DNA from: an uncultured virus (IMG/VR IMGVR_UViG_3300025687_000023)
Taxonomy: Duplodnaviria > Heunggongvirae > Uroviricota > Caudoviricetes
Direction: 5' to 3' (one strand)
Virus record (IMG/VR): IMGVR_UViG_3300025687_000023
DNA length: 64,000 nt
Part shown: one piece after another, positions 6,324-16,194 of the stretch
Layout: each line of letters starts with the position of its first letter
Numbering within the stretch: the first letter of the stretch is position 1
Translations under genes and position numbers: made by a program
Notes under the pieces: generated by a model
Database searches by the model: none
Told to the model about the DNA's origin: nothing
Seen by the model: only the letters and a program-made list of their open reading frames with translations

Positions 6324-9042
6324 AGAAAAATTAGAAGAAATGATCTTGGAAGAATTAATGCTTGAAGCTGATGCTGAAGTTGATGAAGAATACAAAACAT
6401 TAGCCCAAAAATTATTTCCAAATATAGCGAGAAGACAAGGTGGAATTGATAAATTAAAAACAGCATTTAGAGATGTTACAGCTCTAGAAAAGGAAATGAG
6501 ACGCCTAGAAAGAGCAAAAATTCAAATTGGCTCTATCGACAATGAAAATTTTGATTTCAATAATGATAGAATAGATGGAGACCAGAAAGATAAAGAACTG
6601 TACAACAATATTGTTAATAATAGAAAAGCAGCTGTAGAAGAAGATCCTTCTTTAGGAATAACTACTTTTACTGATTTATTAGCAGCAGCTTCCGAAGTCT
6701 CTGCTAGTGAAAGATCTGCTACAACAGAACCGACTTCTGAACCTACAACAGAACCGACTTCTGAACCTACAACAGAACCGACTTCTGAACCTACAACAGA
6801 ACCGACTTCTGAGCCAACTGCTGAACCAAGTTCTCCTACATCAGAACCACCACCTGGAGCAGAGACCGCAGACACAGCTGACGGTGCTGATGCGCCCGGG
6901 AGTGAAGAAGAAGTAGATCCAAACCTCTTCGTCCCAACAGAAGATGTTAAAAAAGCCGTTGAAGAAATGAAAGGTTTTTATGATAAACCTTATCTTTACG
7001 AACAAGGACAACTATTAAGAGATCTAATAAAAGCAATTGAAGCGGCTCTTAAAGGAGAGGATAGAACAGCAGGGATAACAAGACCATCAGCTGTTACAAC
7101 AGAATCTCTCCAAGAAGCAAAAGGTTTAAATATCAAAAATATTAAAGCTTCCTTGAATGCGTTTTTGCAACAAACCAGAAAAGTTAAAAAAGCTCTTCAA
7201 GAATTTATAGCCATGGCAAAAGAAGCAAAAGCTGGAGCAAAAAGAAAAAAAGGAATTTTAGATAAAGAGGTTGATCAATTAATTGAATATGGAAAAATGA
7301 TTTTAAAATCTTTGCCAAAAACAATATCCGAAGCAGATGAGACTGAAACAGGTCCAGAAACAGCAGAAGAAAGTGTTAATTTGCAACCACTTCACGACTT
7401 CATTAATTTTATCGTTGGTGGTAAGTTAGAAACATCAAATAAAGATGATATACAAGGTGAACTTGAAAACGTTAAAACAATTCTCAAAGTATTTCCAAAC
7501 GTTGCACCATTTGGCTCTGCCGATGGACCTGAACTTAATAAGTACGAAGATGAGTTTCAAAAAGCAATAAACACACATTTAAAAACAGCAATTGCAAATT
7601 TTAAATCTTTAAATTCAGTCGATGGCGGAGAAGTTGCAATTGAAGGATTAAGAACAGCATTGATTCAATTTCTTGGAAATGGATTATCAATTCTTGGAAA
7701 AGGTGTAAACGGAGAAGATATTGAAAATTTAGGAAGAGAAGAAGCGATTGATCCTAAAGACGAAACAGCAGAAGTTAGTGATTTATCTCCTGAAGCAATA
7801 ATGGCAGAATTAGGCTTAGATACTTCAGAAGAAGGCAAAATAACTACTACAAGTGATGAAGAGACCGCATTTAAAATTATGAATTCAATTTTTTATAGAT
7901 TTCAAGATGAGAGGTTCAACGACCTACGCAAAATAGAAAACTTTATTTATGATTATGTTAAAAAAGATGAAGACAATTGGTTGAAAAAATTAGCGAAAGG
8001 AACACTTAGAAGTCTTCCTTTTATGGTTAGAGAATCAAATGAAAATCAAAATTTTAAAGATAAGTTTTCTGAAAACTTTATAAATAAAATAAAAGAAATG
8101 TGGGTAAAATGGAAAAACAATAAAAACAAAAATGAATTAAGAACAGCAGCAAAAGAATTGGCCAAATATTCTAATGAAATGTTAACTAAGTATCAAACAC
8201 TATCTGATAATGAAGGTAGAACGAACACCGGAGCACAACTATCAAATATGTTCCGAGATTTATATTCGTATACTCAATCCAAATACAATTCAGAAGATAA
8301 GGATATTCGTGATGGATTTAAATCCTCAGAAACTAACAAGAAAGTGCATAAAGCTTTAAAGCTAATAAATGATAACATTAATAAAGTTGATTATAAAATA
8401 TTTTTAAAGACATTGACAAAAATTGACCTAAAAGATTTAGATGATAATAATCTAAGAAGAATAGAAAATATTTCCGAAAAGATTTTTAAAAAACCTCACT
8501 TTATCGAACACTTTAAAATCAATAGTGTTATGAAAGATGATTCGGGCAATCTTGTGCTTGTTGGGACCAAAAACAAAATTGATAATAAATATCCAACTTT
8601 TCCTTTTGTGAAAGATAACCTTGATAAAATAACCACTTCAATTTCTAAATGGTGGAACAATCTTACCAATCTTAGTTTAGAAGAATATCAAAAAAATGAC
8701 TTAGTGTACACACTACTTGAATTAAAAAATGAGATATTAGAAAAAAAATATGAAATATCTGAAAATTTTGAAGTAGGCACGATCACATATTCTAAAAGGG
8801 AAATAGTACAAATTACTAAAATTGAAGAACAATCAGAAGGCATACTAACAGTCACATTGAAAAAAGAAAATAACGATAATTCACAAGACATGAGCTCCTC
8901 CGTAGGTAGTCTAACCCACTATTTGGAAATGAAATCAGAAGTTAGAGAATCAAAAAATCATAAAATTCAATTTAAACTAGAAAAACTAGTTGAAAATTAC
9001 ATTAACAAAAGGAAACAACAATGGCGAAAAAGAACTATGTGA
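6316..9042 (+). CDS. 908-aa putative head-internal/polyprotein-like protein with MNKEKLEEMILEEL leader and a T/E/P/S repeat linker
   Basis: Leader variant; TTEPTSEP repeats; spaced LQEA, ISEA, VRES, VRES sites. Confidence 0.6.
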   Translation: MNKEKLEEMILEELMLEADAEVDEEYKTLAQKLFPNIARRQGGIDKLKTAFRDVTALEKEMRRLERAKIQIGSIDNENFDFNNDRIDGDQKDKELYNNIVNNRKAAVEEDPSLGITTFTDLLAAASEVSASERSATTEPTSEPTTEPTSEPTTEPTSEPTTEPTSEPTAEPSSPTSEPPPGAETADTADGADAPGSEEEVDPNLFVPTEDVKKAVEEMKGFYDKPYLYEQGQLLRDLIKAIEAALKGEDRTAGITRPSAVTTESLQEAKGLNIKNIKASLNAFLQQTRKVKKALQEFIAMAKEAKAGAKRKKGILDKEVDQLIEYGKMILKSLPKTISEADETETGPETAEESVNLQPLHDFINFIVGGKLETSNKDDIQGELENVKTILKVFPNVAPFGSADGPELNKYEDEFQKAINTHLKTAIANFKSLNSVDGGEVAIEGLRTALIQFLGNGLSILGKGVNGEDIENLGREEAIDPKDETAEVSDLSPEAIMAELGLDTSEEGKITTTSDEETAFKIMNSIFYRFQDERFNDLRKIENFIYDYVKKDEDNWLKKLAKGTLRSLPFMVRESNENQNFKDKFSENFINKIKEMWVKWKNNKNKNELRTAAKELAKYSNEMLTKYQTLSDNEGRTNTGAQLSNMFRDLYSYTQSKYNSEDKDIRDGFKSSETNKKVHKALKLINDNINKVDYKIFLKTLTKIDLKDLDDNNLRRIENISEKIFKKPHFIEHFKINSVMKDDSGNLVLVGTKNKIDNKYPTFPFVKDNLDKITTSISKWWNNLTNLSLEEYQKNDLVYTLLELKNEILEKKYEISENFEVGTITYSKREIVQITKIEEQSEGILTVTLKKENNDNSQDMSSSVGSLTHYLEMKSEVRESKNHKIQFKLEKLVENYINKRKQQWRKRTM
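6721..6816 (+). repeat. 24-bp coding tandem repeat x4 (ACAACAGAACCGACTTCTGAACCT)
   Basis: Three perfect units plus a fourth ending GAGCCA; encodes TTEPTSEP. Confidence 0.95.
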
Positions 9043-10358
9043 TTGATACCTCGGTTTTCTTAACCGACTCATCATGTCTTTATAAACTTGGCAACAATGA
9101 TTTGTTCATTGCTTACAAAGTTCTCGAAGAAATTGACAAACATAAAAAACGTCAAGATTCCGTTGGATTTCATGCAAGACAGATCATTAAAACCCTTGAC
9201 GAATTGCGCGAAAAGGGTTCTTTAAGCAAGGGAATAAAGCTTGGCAAGGGTTTGGGCACCCTCAAAGTTGAAGAGGCAAAAAAGGACCTTCCTGGCTTCT
9301 TATCAATGCAAGTTCCCGACCATCAAATCCTTGGTGTTGCTCTTGCTGTTCAAGAACAATTCCCAAAGAGAAAGACGGTAATGATTTCTCGCGATATCAA
9401 CATGCGAGTCATTGCTGATGCCATTGGTCTTTTGTCCGAGGACTATGAAACAGGAAAAGTTATTGAAGATGCTGAAAAGATTTACACTGGCTTTCTTGAA
9501 TTAGTTGTTGATGATGAATTAATTGAACAGTTCTATAGTGACGAACCAATTCATTTTGACGAAATCTTTCAACAAGAAAGAAAGATCAAGTTGTATCCAA
9601 ATCAATTTCTTATTCTTACTTCCTCTTCAAATCCAAAGAAATCAGCCCTTGCTCGTTTTGTTTTGGATGAAAAACCCATAGAGAAAATAAGAGATGATGT
9701 TAAGAACTTAACAATGGGTATTATTCCAAGAAATAAAGAACAAAAGTTTGCTTATGATCTTCTTTTTGATGATTCAATTAAATTTGTTTCTCTTATTGGA
9801 AAAGCTGGTTCTGGAAAGACCTTAATGGCAATTGCTGCCGGAATGGAACAAACACTTTCCTTAAAGAAAACAAACAACAAATATAGAAAGATTGTTGTTT
9901 CTCGTCCCGTTCAACCTCTTGGAAAAGACATTGGATTCTTGCCCGGAACCATGCATGAGAAAATGCTTCCTTGGTTAATGCCTATACAAGATAACTTGGA
10001 GACTATTTTAGGAAAAGATAATGTTTATTTGGATGAATATGTTGCAAGAGGAAAGATTCAAATCGAAGCTCTTACCTATATCCGTGGTCGTTCTATTAAT
10101 AACGCATTTATTGTTATTGACGAGGCTCAAAACTTAACCGCACATGAGGTTAAAACTATACTTACTCGTGTTGGAGAAGGAACAAAAATTGTTCTTACAG
10201 GAGATATTGAACAGATTGATAATATCTATACAAATGAAACCTCAAATGGTTTAACTTATGCTGTTGAAAAATTTAAGTCTCATGACATTTCAGGACATAT
10301 AACTTTCTTAAAAGGTGAAAGATCTCGCCTTGCAACGATTGCTTCAAAAATTCTTTAG
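9021..10358 (+). CDS. phoH: PIN domain + PhoH-family ATPase (PhoH2/YlaK type)
   Basis: YVIDTSV..VLEEID..SRDINMR PIN; GKAGSGKT Walker A; GFLPG, YIRGRSI, IDEAQN, LTGDIEQID. Confidence 0.92.
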   Translation: MAKKNYVIDTSVFLTDSSCLYKLGNNDLFIAYKVLEEIDKHKKRQDSVGFHARQIIKTLDELREKGSLSKGIKLGKGLGTLKVEEAKKDLPGFLSMQVPDHQILGVALAVQEQFPKRKTVMISRDINMRVIADAIGLLSEDYETGKVIEDAEKIYTGFLELVVDDELIEQFYSDEPIHFDEIFQQERKIKLYPNQFLILTSSSNPKKSALARFVLDEKPIEKIRDDVKNLTMGIIPRNKEQKFAYDLLFDDSIKFVSLIGKAGSGKTLMAIAAGMEQTLSLKKTNNKYRKIVVSRPVQPLGKDIGFLPGTMHEKMLPWLMPIQDNLETILGKDNVYLDEYVARGKIQIEALTYIRGRSINNAFIVIDEAQNLTAHEVKTILTRVGEGTKIVLTGDIEQIDNIYTNETSNGLTYAVEKFKSHDISGHITFLKGERSRLATIASKIL

Positions 10359-10387
10359 TTTGATTAAAAAAGATTCTATTTATTTCC

Positions 10388-10416
10388 TTGACAAATTTAT
10401 ACTTCCGTGTTATAAT
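10388..10416 (+). promoter_or_regulatory. sigma70-type promoter, consensus with extended -10
   Basis: TTGACA 10388-10393, 17-bp spacer ending TGn, TATAAT 10411-10416. Confidence 0.9.
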
Positions 10417-10439
10417 TACATTACTACTTTGGAGAATAA

Positions 10440-11111
10440 ATGAACTGGTTAGAAGAGTCTGTAAAAAGATCAAAAAAACTAAAGGATCATTATATGTTAG
10501 GTGACGTAAACATCTATATCAAAGACCAACTACCTCAAGAGATTGATGTAGATTTTGTTATTCGTTATGTTGCTAAACATCTTCCTAACCATGTTTTATC
10601 AAATATTGATATAATCTATATTGGACAATTTCAAGATCTTATTGATCGAGATATTAATGCTCTATGGCAAAATGGAGCAATTTATATTACAAACAAACAA
10701 GATTCTGAAATGGATATGATCGATGATCTAATCCATGAAATTGCTCATTCAAATGAAAAGCAATTTGAACAAATAATCTATGAAGATGGAAAGCTTGAAA
10801 GAGAATTCCTTTACAGAAGAAAGAAATTAGCTTTTATTTTGAAAGATCAAGGTTTCGGCACACCAACAGGTTTTATTTACAATATTGATTATGATAAAGA
10901 CATTGATGATTTTCTTTATGAAAAAGTTACCTATGATGTTTTGTGGCAATTGATTCCTGGGATCTTTCCTTCACCTTATGCTGTTACCTCGTTAAGAGAG
11001 TATTGGGCAAAAGGTTTTGAACAGTTCTATATGGGCAAACGCGAAGAATTAAAAGAAACTTCACCAGTTTTGTTCTCCAAGTTAATGCAATTACATGACT
11101 TGGAGGATTAA
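10440..11111 (+). CDS. zinc metallopeptidase-like protein (HEXXH; lethal-factor/MtfA-like)
   Basis: LIHEIAHS followed by YAVTSLREYWAKGFEQF. Confidence 0.7.
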   Translation: MNWLEESVKRSKKLKDHYMLGDVNIYIKDQLPQEIDVDFVIRYVAKHLPNHVLSNIDIIYIGQFQDLIDRDINALWQNGAIYITNKQDSEMDMIDDLIHEIAHSNEKQFEQIIYEDGKLEREFLYRRKKLAFILKDQGFGTPTGFIYNIDYDKDIDDFLYEKVTYDVLWQLIPGIFPSPYAVTSLREYWAKGFEQFYMGKREELKETSPVLFSKLMQLHDLED

Positions 11112-11885
11112 ATGCATATATCATATTCAGAACTTAAAACGTGGTCCGAGTGTGCTTGGAAACACAAACTAATCTATTTAGATAAAATAAAGAAATTCGT
11201 TGGAAACGAATACACAGCCTTTGGAAGATCTCTTCATCTTTTGTGCGAACATGCAATTGAAGATAAGATCCAAGAAGAAGATTACGATGACTTTTGGGAT
11301 TTTACGTTTGAAAAAGAGATTGAAGAACTTTTAAAACAAGATGTTGAGTTGGAACAAAATGTTGTAACAATAATGTCTGATCAAGCAAAGAAAATTGCTC
11401 CTCAAATAATTCCTGAGGTAATCAAAACATTCAAAAATTATGAAGTGTTTTCTGTTGAGGAAAAACTATACATTGACATTCCTGAACTAGAAGAATGTAA
11501 GTTTAAAGGTTTTATTGATTTGGTATTAAAAACAGATGATGGAAAATACCACATCATTGATTGGAAGACATGCTCTTGGGGTTGGGATGCTCAAAAAAGA
11601 ACAGACAAATATATTACCTATCAATTGACCCTTTATAAAAAGTTTTTTTGCTTAAAGCATAACATTGAACCAAAATTAGTTGAGACTCACTTTGCTTTAT
11701 TAAAAAGAACAGCAAAGAAAGATAATGTTGAAATCTTTCGTGTGACTTCAGGACCTCGCAAGATTCAAAATGCAACAGATCTTCTGGTAAAGGGTGTAAA
11801 GTCTATTTTTAACAAAGCTCACTTCAAGAATAGAGGGTCTTGTTCTCTTTGCGAATTTAGAAACACCGAACACTGCCCAAGATAA
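11112..11885 (+). CDS. PD-(D/E)XK exonuclease, Cas4/AddB-like
   Basis: ISYSEL..EC, VEEKL, GFIDLV, IIDWKT, YQLTLY, C-terminal CSLC..HC (1+3 Cys). Confidence 0.85.
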   Translation: MHISYSELKTWSECAWKHKLIYLDKIKKFVGNEYTAFGRSLHLLCEHAIEDKIQEEDYDDFWDFTFEKEIEELLKQDVELEQNVVTIMSDQAKKIAPQIIPEVIKTFKNYEVFSVEEKLYIDIPELEECKFKGFIDLVLKTDDGKYHIIDWKTCSWGWDAQKRTDKYITYQLTLYKKFFCLKHNIEPKLVETHFALLKRTAKKDNVEIFRVTSGPRKIQNATDLLVKGVKSIFNKAHFKNRGSCSLCEFRNTEHCPR

Positions 11886-11919
11886 AATAAATTTTTTTTT
11901 ATTTTTTTTTAAAAAAAGT

Positions 11920-11948
11920 TTGACAACCTCGAAATTATGTGTTATAAT
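11920..11948 (+). promoter_or_regulatory. sigma70-type promoter of the glycan operon
   Basis: TTGACA 11920-11925, 17-bp spacer ending TGn, TATAAT 11943-11948; A/T tracts upstream. Confidence 0.9.
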
Positions 11949-11969
11949 ACAAATAAAAAGAGGTGACAA

Positions 11970-13214
11970 TTGTCAAAAATAAAAATATTAACACTTTCCG
12001 ACCATCCTCTATCACCTTCCGGCGTTGGAACTCAAACAAAATACTTTTGTGAGAGTCTACTCAAAACTGGAAGGTATTCTATTATAAGTTTGGGTGGCGC
12101 AATAAAACATCATGATTATACACCAAAATTGGTTGATCCTTATGGTCAAGATTGGAAAATAATTCCCGTTGACGGATACGGGACGCAAGAAATGATCCGT
12201 TCAATAATTAAGACTGAAAGAATTGAATTACTTTGGTTTATGACTGATCCCCGCTTTTGGGGTTGGTTATGGGAGATTGAAAATGAAATTAGACCACTTT
12301 GTCCGATGGTTTATCACCATGTTTGGGATAACTTTCCTGCACCTTATTTTAATAGGGACTTTTACTTATCTAACGATCACATTGTCACTATTTCTAAAGT
12401 TACTGATGAAATTGTTAGAACTGTAGCACCGGAAGTTCCTTGCACATATTTACCTCATTCGGTAAATTCAGATATCTTTAAACCTTTGTCTGATCTTCAA
12501 ATTAAAGAGATTCGCGAAAGATCTCTGCAAGAAGAAGATCGGGAAAAGGTTATTTTCTTTTGGAATAACAGAAATGCTAGAAGAAAACAATCTGGAACTC
12601 TTGTATGGTGGTTTAAAGAATGGCTTGATAAAGAAAATCTTCATGATAAAGCTGCATTAATAATGCATACAGAACCAAAAGATCCACACGGACAAGACCT
12701 AGAACATATTATAGAGCATTTAGGTCTTAAAGATAGACAAATTATGTTATCAACCAAAAAACTTCCTCCTGAACAATTGGCACAACTTTACAACATGGTT
12801 GATTGTACAATTAATATATCAGATGCTGAGGGTTTTGGTTTAGCCACACTGGAATCGCTTTCCTGTGGAACTCCAATAATTGCCACAATGACCGGTGGTC
12901 TTCAAGAACAGGTCACGGATGGAGATGATGAATTTGGAATTGGTATATTCCCAACATCTAAATCTATTATAGGGTCTCAACAAGTTCCTTATATTTATGA
13001 AGACAGAATAGACAAAGCACAGTTCCATTCTGCTCTTTCAAAGATTTATAAAATGGGCAAAGAAGGAAGAAGGCAACTTGGAACACTTGGCAGAGAATAT
13101 GTTGAAGAAAATTACAATTTTTCTGAACTGCAACAAAAATGGGTTGAGATAATTGATAAAGTTATGAAACAAAAAGGAAATTATAATGGAATTAGATTTA
13201 AGGAGGTCGCATAA
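11970..13214 (+). CDS. glycosyltransferase, GT-B (GT4-like)
   Basis: NRNARRKQ, EGFGLATLESLSCGTPII; TTG start with GAGGT SD. Confidence 0.9.
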   Translation: MSKIKILTLSDHPLSPSGVGTQTKYFCESLLKTGRYSIISLGGAIKHHDYTPKLVDPYGQDWKIIPVDGYGTQEMIRSIIKTERIELLWFMTDPRFWGWLWEIENEIRPLCPMVYHHVWDNFPAPYFNRDFYLSNDHIVTISKVTDEIVRTVAPEVPCTYLPHSVNSDIFKPLSDLQIKEIRERSLQEEDREKVIFFWNNRNARRKQSGTLVWWFKEWLDKENLHDKAALIMHTEPKDPHGQDLEHIIEHLGLKDRQIMLSTKKLPPEQLAQLYNMVDCTINISDAEGFGLATLESLSCGTPIIATMTGGLQEQVTDGDDEFGIGIFPTSKSIIGSQQVPYIYEDRIDKAQFHSALSKIYKMGKEGRRQLGTLGREYVEENYNFSELQQKWVEIIDKVMKQKGNYNGIRFKEVA

Positions 13215-14452
13215 TGAAAAAGAAAATATTTGTTAGAGGCCCTGTATTATCACAATCAGGTTACGGAGAACAGTCTAGGTTTGCTTTAAGAGCATTAAGA
13301 AGTCGAGAGGATTTGTTCGACATTTATATCCAACCTATTGCCTGGGGTAAAACCGGATGGATTTGGGAAGATAACGAAATGAGAAAATGGATAGATGAAA
13401 GAATTGTACAAACACAAATTCTTTTACAACAAAAACAATTACAACCTGACATTTCTCTACAGATTACAATACCAAATGAGTTTCAAAAGATGTGTCCTGT
13501 AAATATAGGATATACAGCTGGAATTGAAACTAACAAGTGCTCACCACAGTGGTTACCAAAATGTAATGAAATGGATAAAGTTTTAGTTGTATCAAATCAT
13601 GCTAAGGTTTCTTTGATTGATACTGTTGCTCAAGCAACCAACAATCAAACTGGTGAGACATTTCCTTACAAATGCGAAACTCCTGTTGAAGTTGTTTGGG
13701 AGAATACCCAAAGACATGAACCTGAAGAAATCCCAGGTTTTAATTTAGACTTTGATAAAAACTTCCTTCTTGTGTCTCAACTTGGACCAAGAAAAAACTT
13801 TGAAAACACAATCACTTGGTTTGTTGAAGAGTTTATTGACCAAGAAATTGGTTTGGTTGTTAAGACCAATTTCAAAGGAAATTCAATTATGGACTTTACA
13901 CAAGTTGAAAAGCACCTTAAATCCCTTCTTGGACGCTACGAGAATCGCAAATGCAAGGTTTATTTGCTCCACGGGGACCTTACCCCTGGGCAAATGACTA
14001 GCCTCTATTGTAACCCCAAAATTAGCGCTTTAATTAACATTGCTCATGGTGAAGGGTTTGGGCTTCCAATCTATGAAGCTGCTCGAGAAGGATTGCCTAT
14101 TATTGCATGTGGTTGGTCTGGTCAAATGGATATTTTAAATCACGGTGGCAAGGATTATTTTACCTCTGTTGAATATACTCTTCGACCTGTACAACAGCAA
14201 GCGCATTGGAAAGGTGTTATTGAACCTGAACAAATGTGGGCATTTGCTGATCAAGGATCTTACAAAATGTCGTTAAGATATCTTGCAAAGAATCTTGACA
14301 AAGCGAGAGAACAATCAAAAGAATTGCAAGGCTTAGTTCTTGACAAGTTTTCTGATGAGAAGTTGTTTGAATTGTTTTGCGATTCAATTTACAGTCCTTC
14401 AAAAGAAGAATTAGAATGGTTAAACGATATTGAAGAAATGGTGATTATTTAA
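13214..14452 (+). CDS. glycosyltransferase, GT-B (GT4-like)
   Basis: SGYG, PRKN, HGEGFGLPIYEAAREGLPII. Confidence 0.9.
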   Translation: MKKKIFVRGPVLSQSGYGEQSRFALRALRSREDLFDIYIQPIAWGKTGWIWEDNEMRKWIDERIVQTQILLQQKQLQPDISLQITIPNEFQKMCPVNIGYTAGIETNKCSPQWLPKCNEMDKVLVVSNHAKVSLIDTVAQATNNQTGETFPYKCETPVEVVWENTQRHEPEEIPGFNLDFDKNFLLVSQLGPRKNFENTITWFVEEFIDQEIGLVVKTNFKGNSIMDFTQVEKHLKSLLGRYENRKCKVYLLHGDLTPGQMTSLYCNPKISALINIAHGEGFGLPIYEAAREGLPIIACGWSGQMDILNHGGKDYFTSVEYTLRPVQQQAHWKGVIEPEQMWAFADQGSYKMSLRYLAKNLDKAREQSKELQGLVLDKFSDEKLFELFCDSIYSPSKEELEWLNDIEEMVII

Positions 14453-16194
14453 TGAAAAAATTATTATTCATTTCAGATTTTTTTAGTAATCAGATTGTTG
14501 GCGGAACTGAGAAAAACGACAATGTTTTGATTAATTATTTAAAACAACACTTCGACTTAGCATATATTAATTGTAAAAAATTGACAGAAAGCATAGTCAA
14601 CGCTCATGATTTGATAATAGTATCAAATTTTGTGCAATTGAGTGATGGAATGAAAGAGCTGATATCTACAAAAAAATACATTATTTATGAACATGATCAC
14701 AAATATGTAAACACTAGAGACCCTTCAGTGTTTAGCAACTTTATTATCCCTAAAGAGAAAATAGTAAATAAGTTTTTCTATAAAAGGGCTTATAAGGTTA
14801 TTACTTTGAGTAAAATTTGTCAAAAAATATTAATAGAAAATTTAAATTTAAACAATGTTATCAATATTGGTACAAGTCTTTGGTCTAATGATGATTTGAA
14901 TAAAATAGAAGAAATATTTCATAAAGAGGACAATACAACTCACAGAATTTCTATTTTAAAAAGTGGTAATCCGATCAAAGGTTTTTCAGATTCAATCAAA
15001 TTATGTGAAAAAAATAATTTAAAACCGAACATCATAAAAACAACAAAACAAGAAGAAATATGGAAACAACTTTCCCAATCAGAAACGTTTCTTTTTGTTC
15101 CAAAAGTTTTAGAAACATTTTCTAGAATCACTTGTGAAGCAAAAATGCTAGGCTGTAAAGTTATGACTAAAAAAAGCAAAATAGGTTTTTTAAGTGAAGA
15201 ATTACAACTAGAAGGCAAAGAATTAATATCTGAAATTAGAAGAAGAGTAGAAATTGCAAAAGAAACGTTTTTGCAGATTTTACTAGAACTTTCTGAAGAC
15301 AAAAAAGTTATTTGTTTTATTGGAAAATTTGATGAAATTTATGACGAAGAAGGAAAAGCCAGAGCATTAGAAGAAACAGGTTATAGAGTCTTAAGATTTG
15401 AAGAAAATAGGTTATTGAACAAAGAGCTAGTATTAAGAACAAACCCAGACTTTCTGTTCTACACAAAATTGAGAATCAAAGAAAAAGAAAAACTTCTAAT
15501 TCAATGTAAAGAAAAAAATATCACCACTGTTTGTTGGGTGCCTGACTTGTATTTTGGTCTAGAAAGAGAAAAGGAGCTATCATCAGATCCTATCTTTAAA
15601 TCAGACTATGTCTTGACACCAGATGGAGGTAATGAAGAAAATTTCAAAAAATTGAATATTAATCACCATTGTGTTAGACAAGGAATAAGCAAAGAATATC
15701 TTTCTAAAGATATAGAAGAGAAAGACATAGACATTCTATTTGTAGGAACTTTACAAAAGTGCCATTTACCATATAGAAAAAATTTATTAGACTTTTTGAA
15801 AAAAACTTATTCTAATAAATTTCAATGGTTTGGAAACACAGGAGACAGGGAACTAAGAAACGATAGTTTGGCTAAAGTTTACAAAAGATCTAAAATAGTT
15901 ATTGGTGAATGTGTCGAATCTGACAATTATTGGTCTAATAGAATTTATGAAGCATTAGGTAGAAATTCCTTCTTGATTCATCCTTATGTGAAAGGGATAG
16001 AAAAAGAGTTTAATGTTGAAAAAGAGTTAATAACTTTTGAGAGAAACAATTTCGAAGATTTAAAAAATAAAATTGACTACTACCTAGAAAATGAAAAAGA
16101 GAGAAACTTTATTTCTTCTAATGGGTACAAAAAAGTATCAGAAAATGATTTATTATTGAATCGTTCAAACACAATAAAGGAATTATTATCATGA
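14452..16194 (+). CDS. two-module glycosyltransferase (GT-B fused to a CgeB/YkvP-like GT)
   Basis: N-module ETFSRITCEAKMLGC; C-module DILFVG..SNRIYEALG..KIDYYLENEKER. Confidence 0.8.
   Translation: MKKLLFISDFFSNQIVGGTEKNDNVLINYLKQHFDLAYINCKKLTESIVNAHDLIIVSNFVQLSDGMKELISTKKYIIYEHDHKYVNTRDPSVFSNFIIPKEKIVNKFFYKRAYKVITLSKICQKILIENLNLNNVINIGTSLWSNDDLNKIEEIFHKEDNTTHRISILKSGNPIKGFSDSIKLCEKNNLKPNIIKTTKQEEIWKQLSQSETFLFVPKVLETFSRITCEAKMLGCKVMTKKSKIGFLSEELQLEGKELISEIRRRVEIAKETFLQILLELSEDKKVICFIGKFDEIYDEEGKARALEETGYRVLRFEENRLLNKELVLRTNPDFLFYTKLRIKEKEKLLIQCKEKNITTVCWVPDLYFGLEREKELSSDPIFKSDYVLTPDGGNEENFKKLNINHHCVRQGISKEYLSKDIEEKDIDILFVGTLQKCHLPYRKNLLDFLKKTYSNKFQWFGNTGDRELRNDSLAKVYKRSKIVIGECVESDNYWSNRIYEALGRNSFLIHPYVKGIEKEFNVEKELITFERNNFEDLKNKIDYYLENEKERNFISSNGYKKVSENDLLLNRSNTIKELLS

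Noticed and set aside
6721..6816. 24-bp repeats as a CRISPR array
   Set aside because: Units are contiguous with no spacers and encode in-frame TTEPTSEP
11112..11885. Cas4-like gene as part of a CRISPR-Cas locus
   Set aside because: No other cas-like gene or repeat-spacer array is visible in the window
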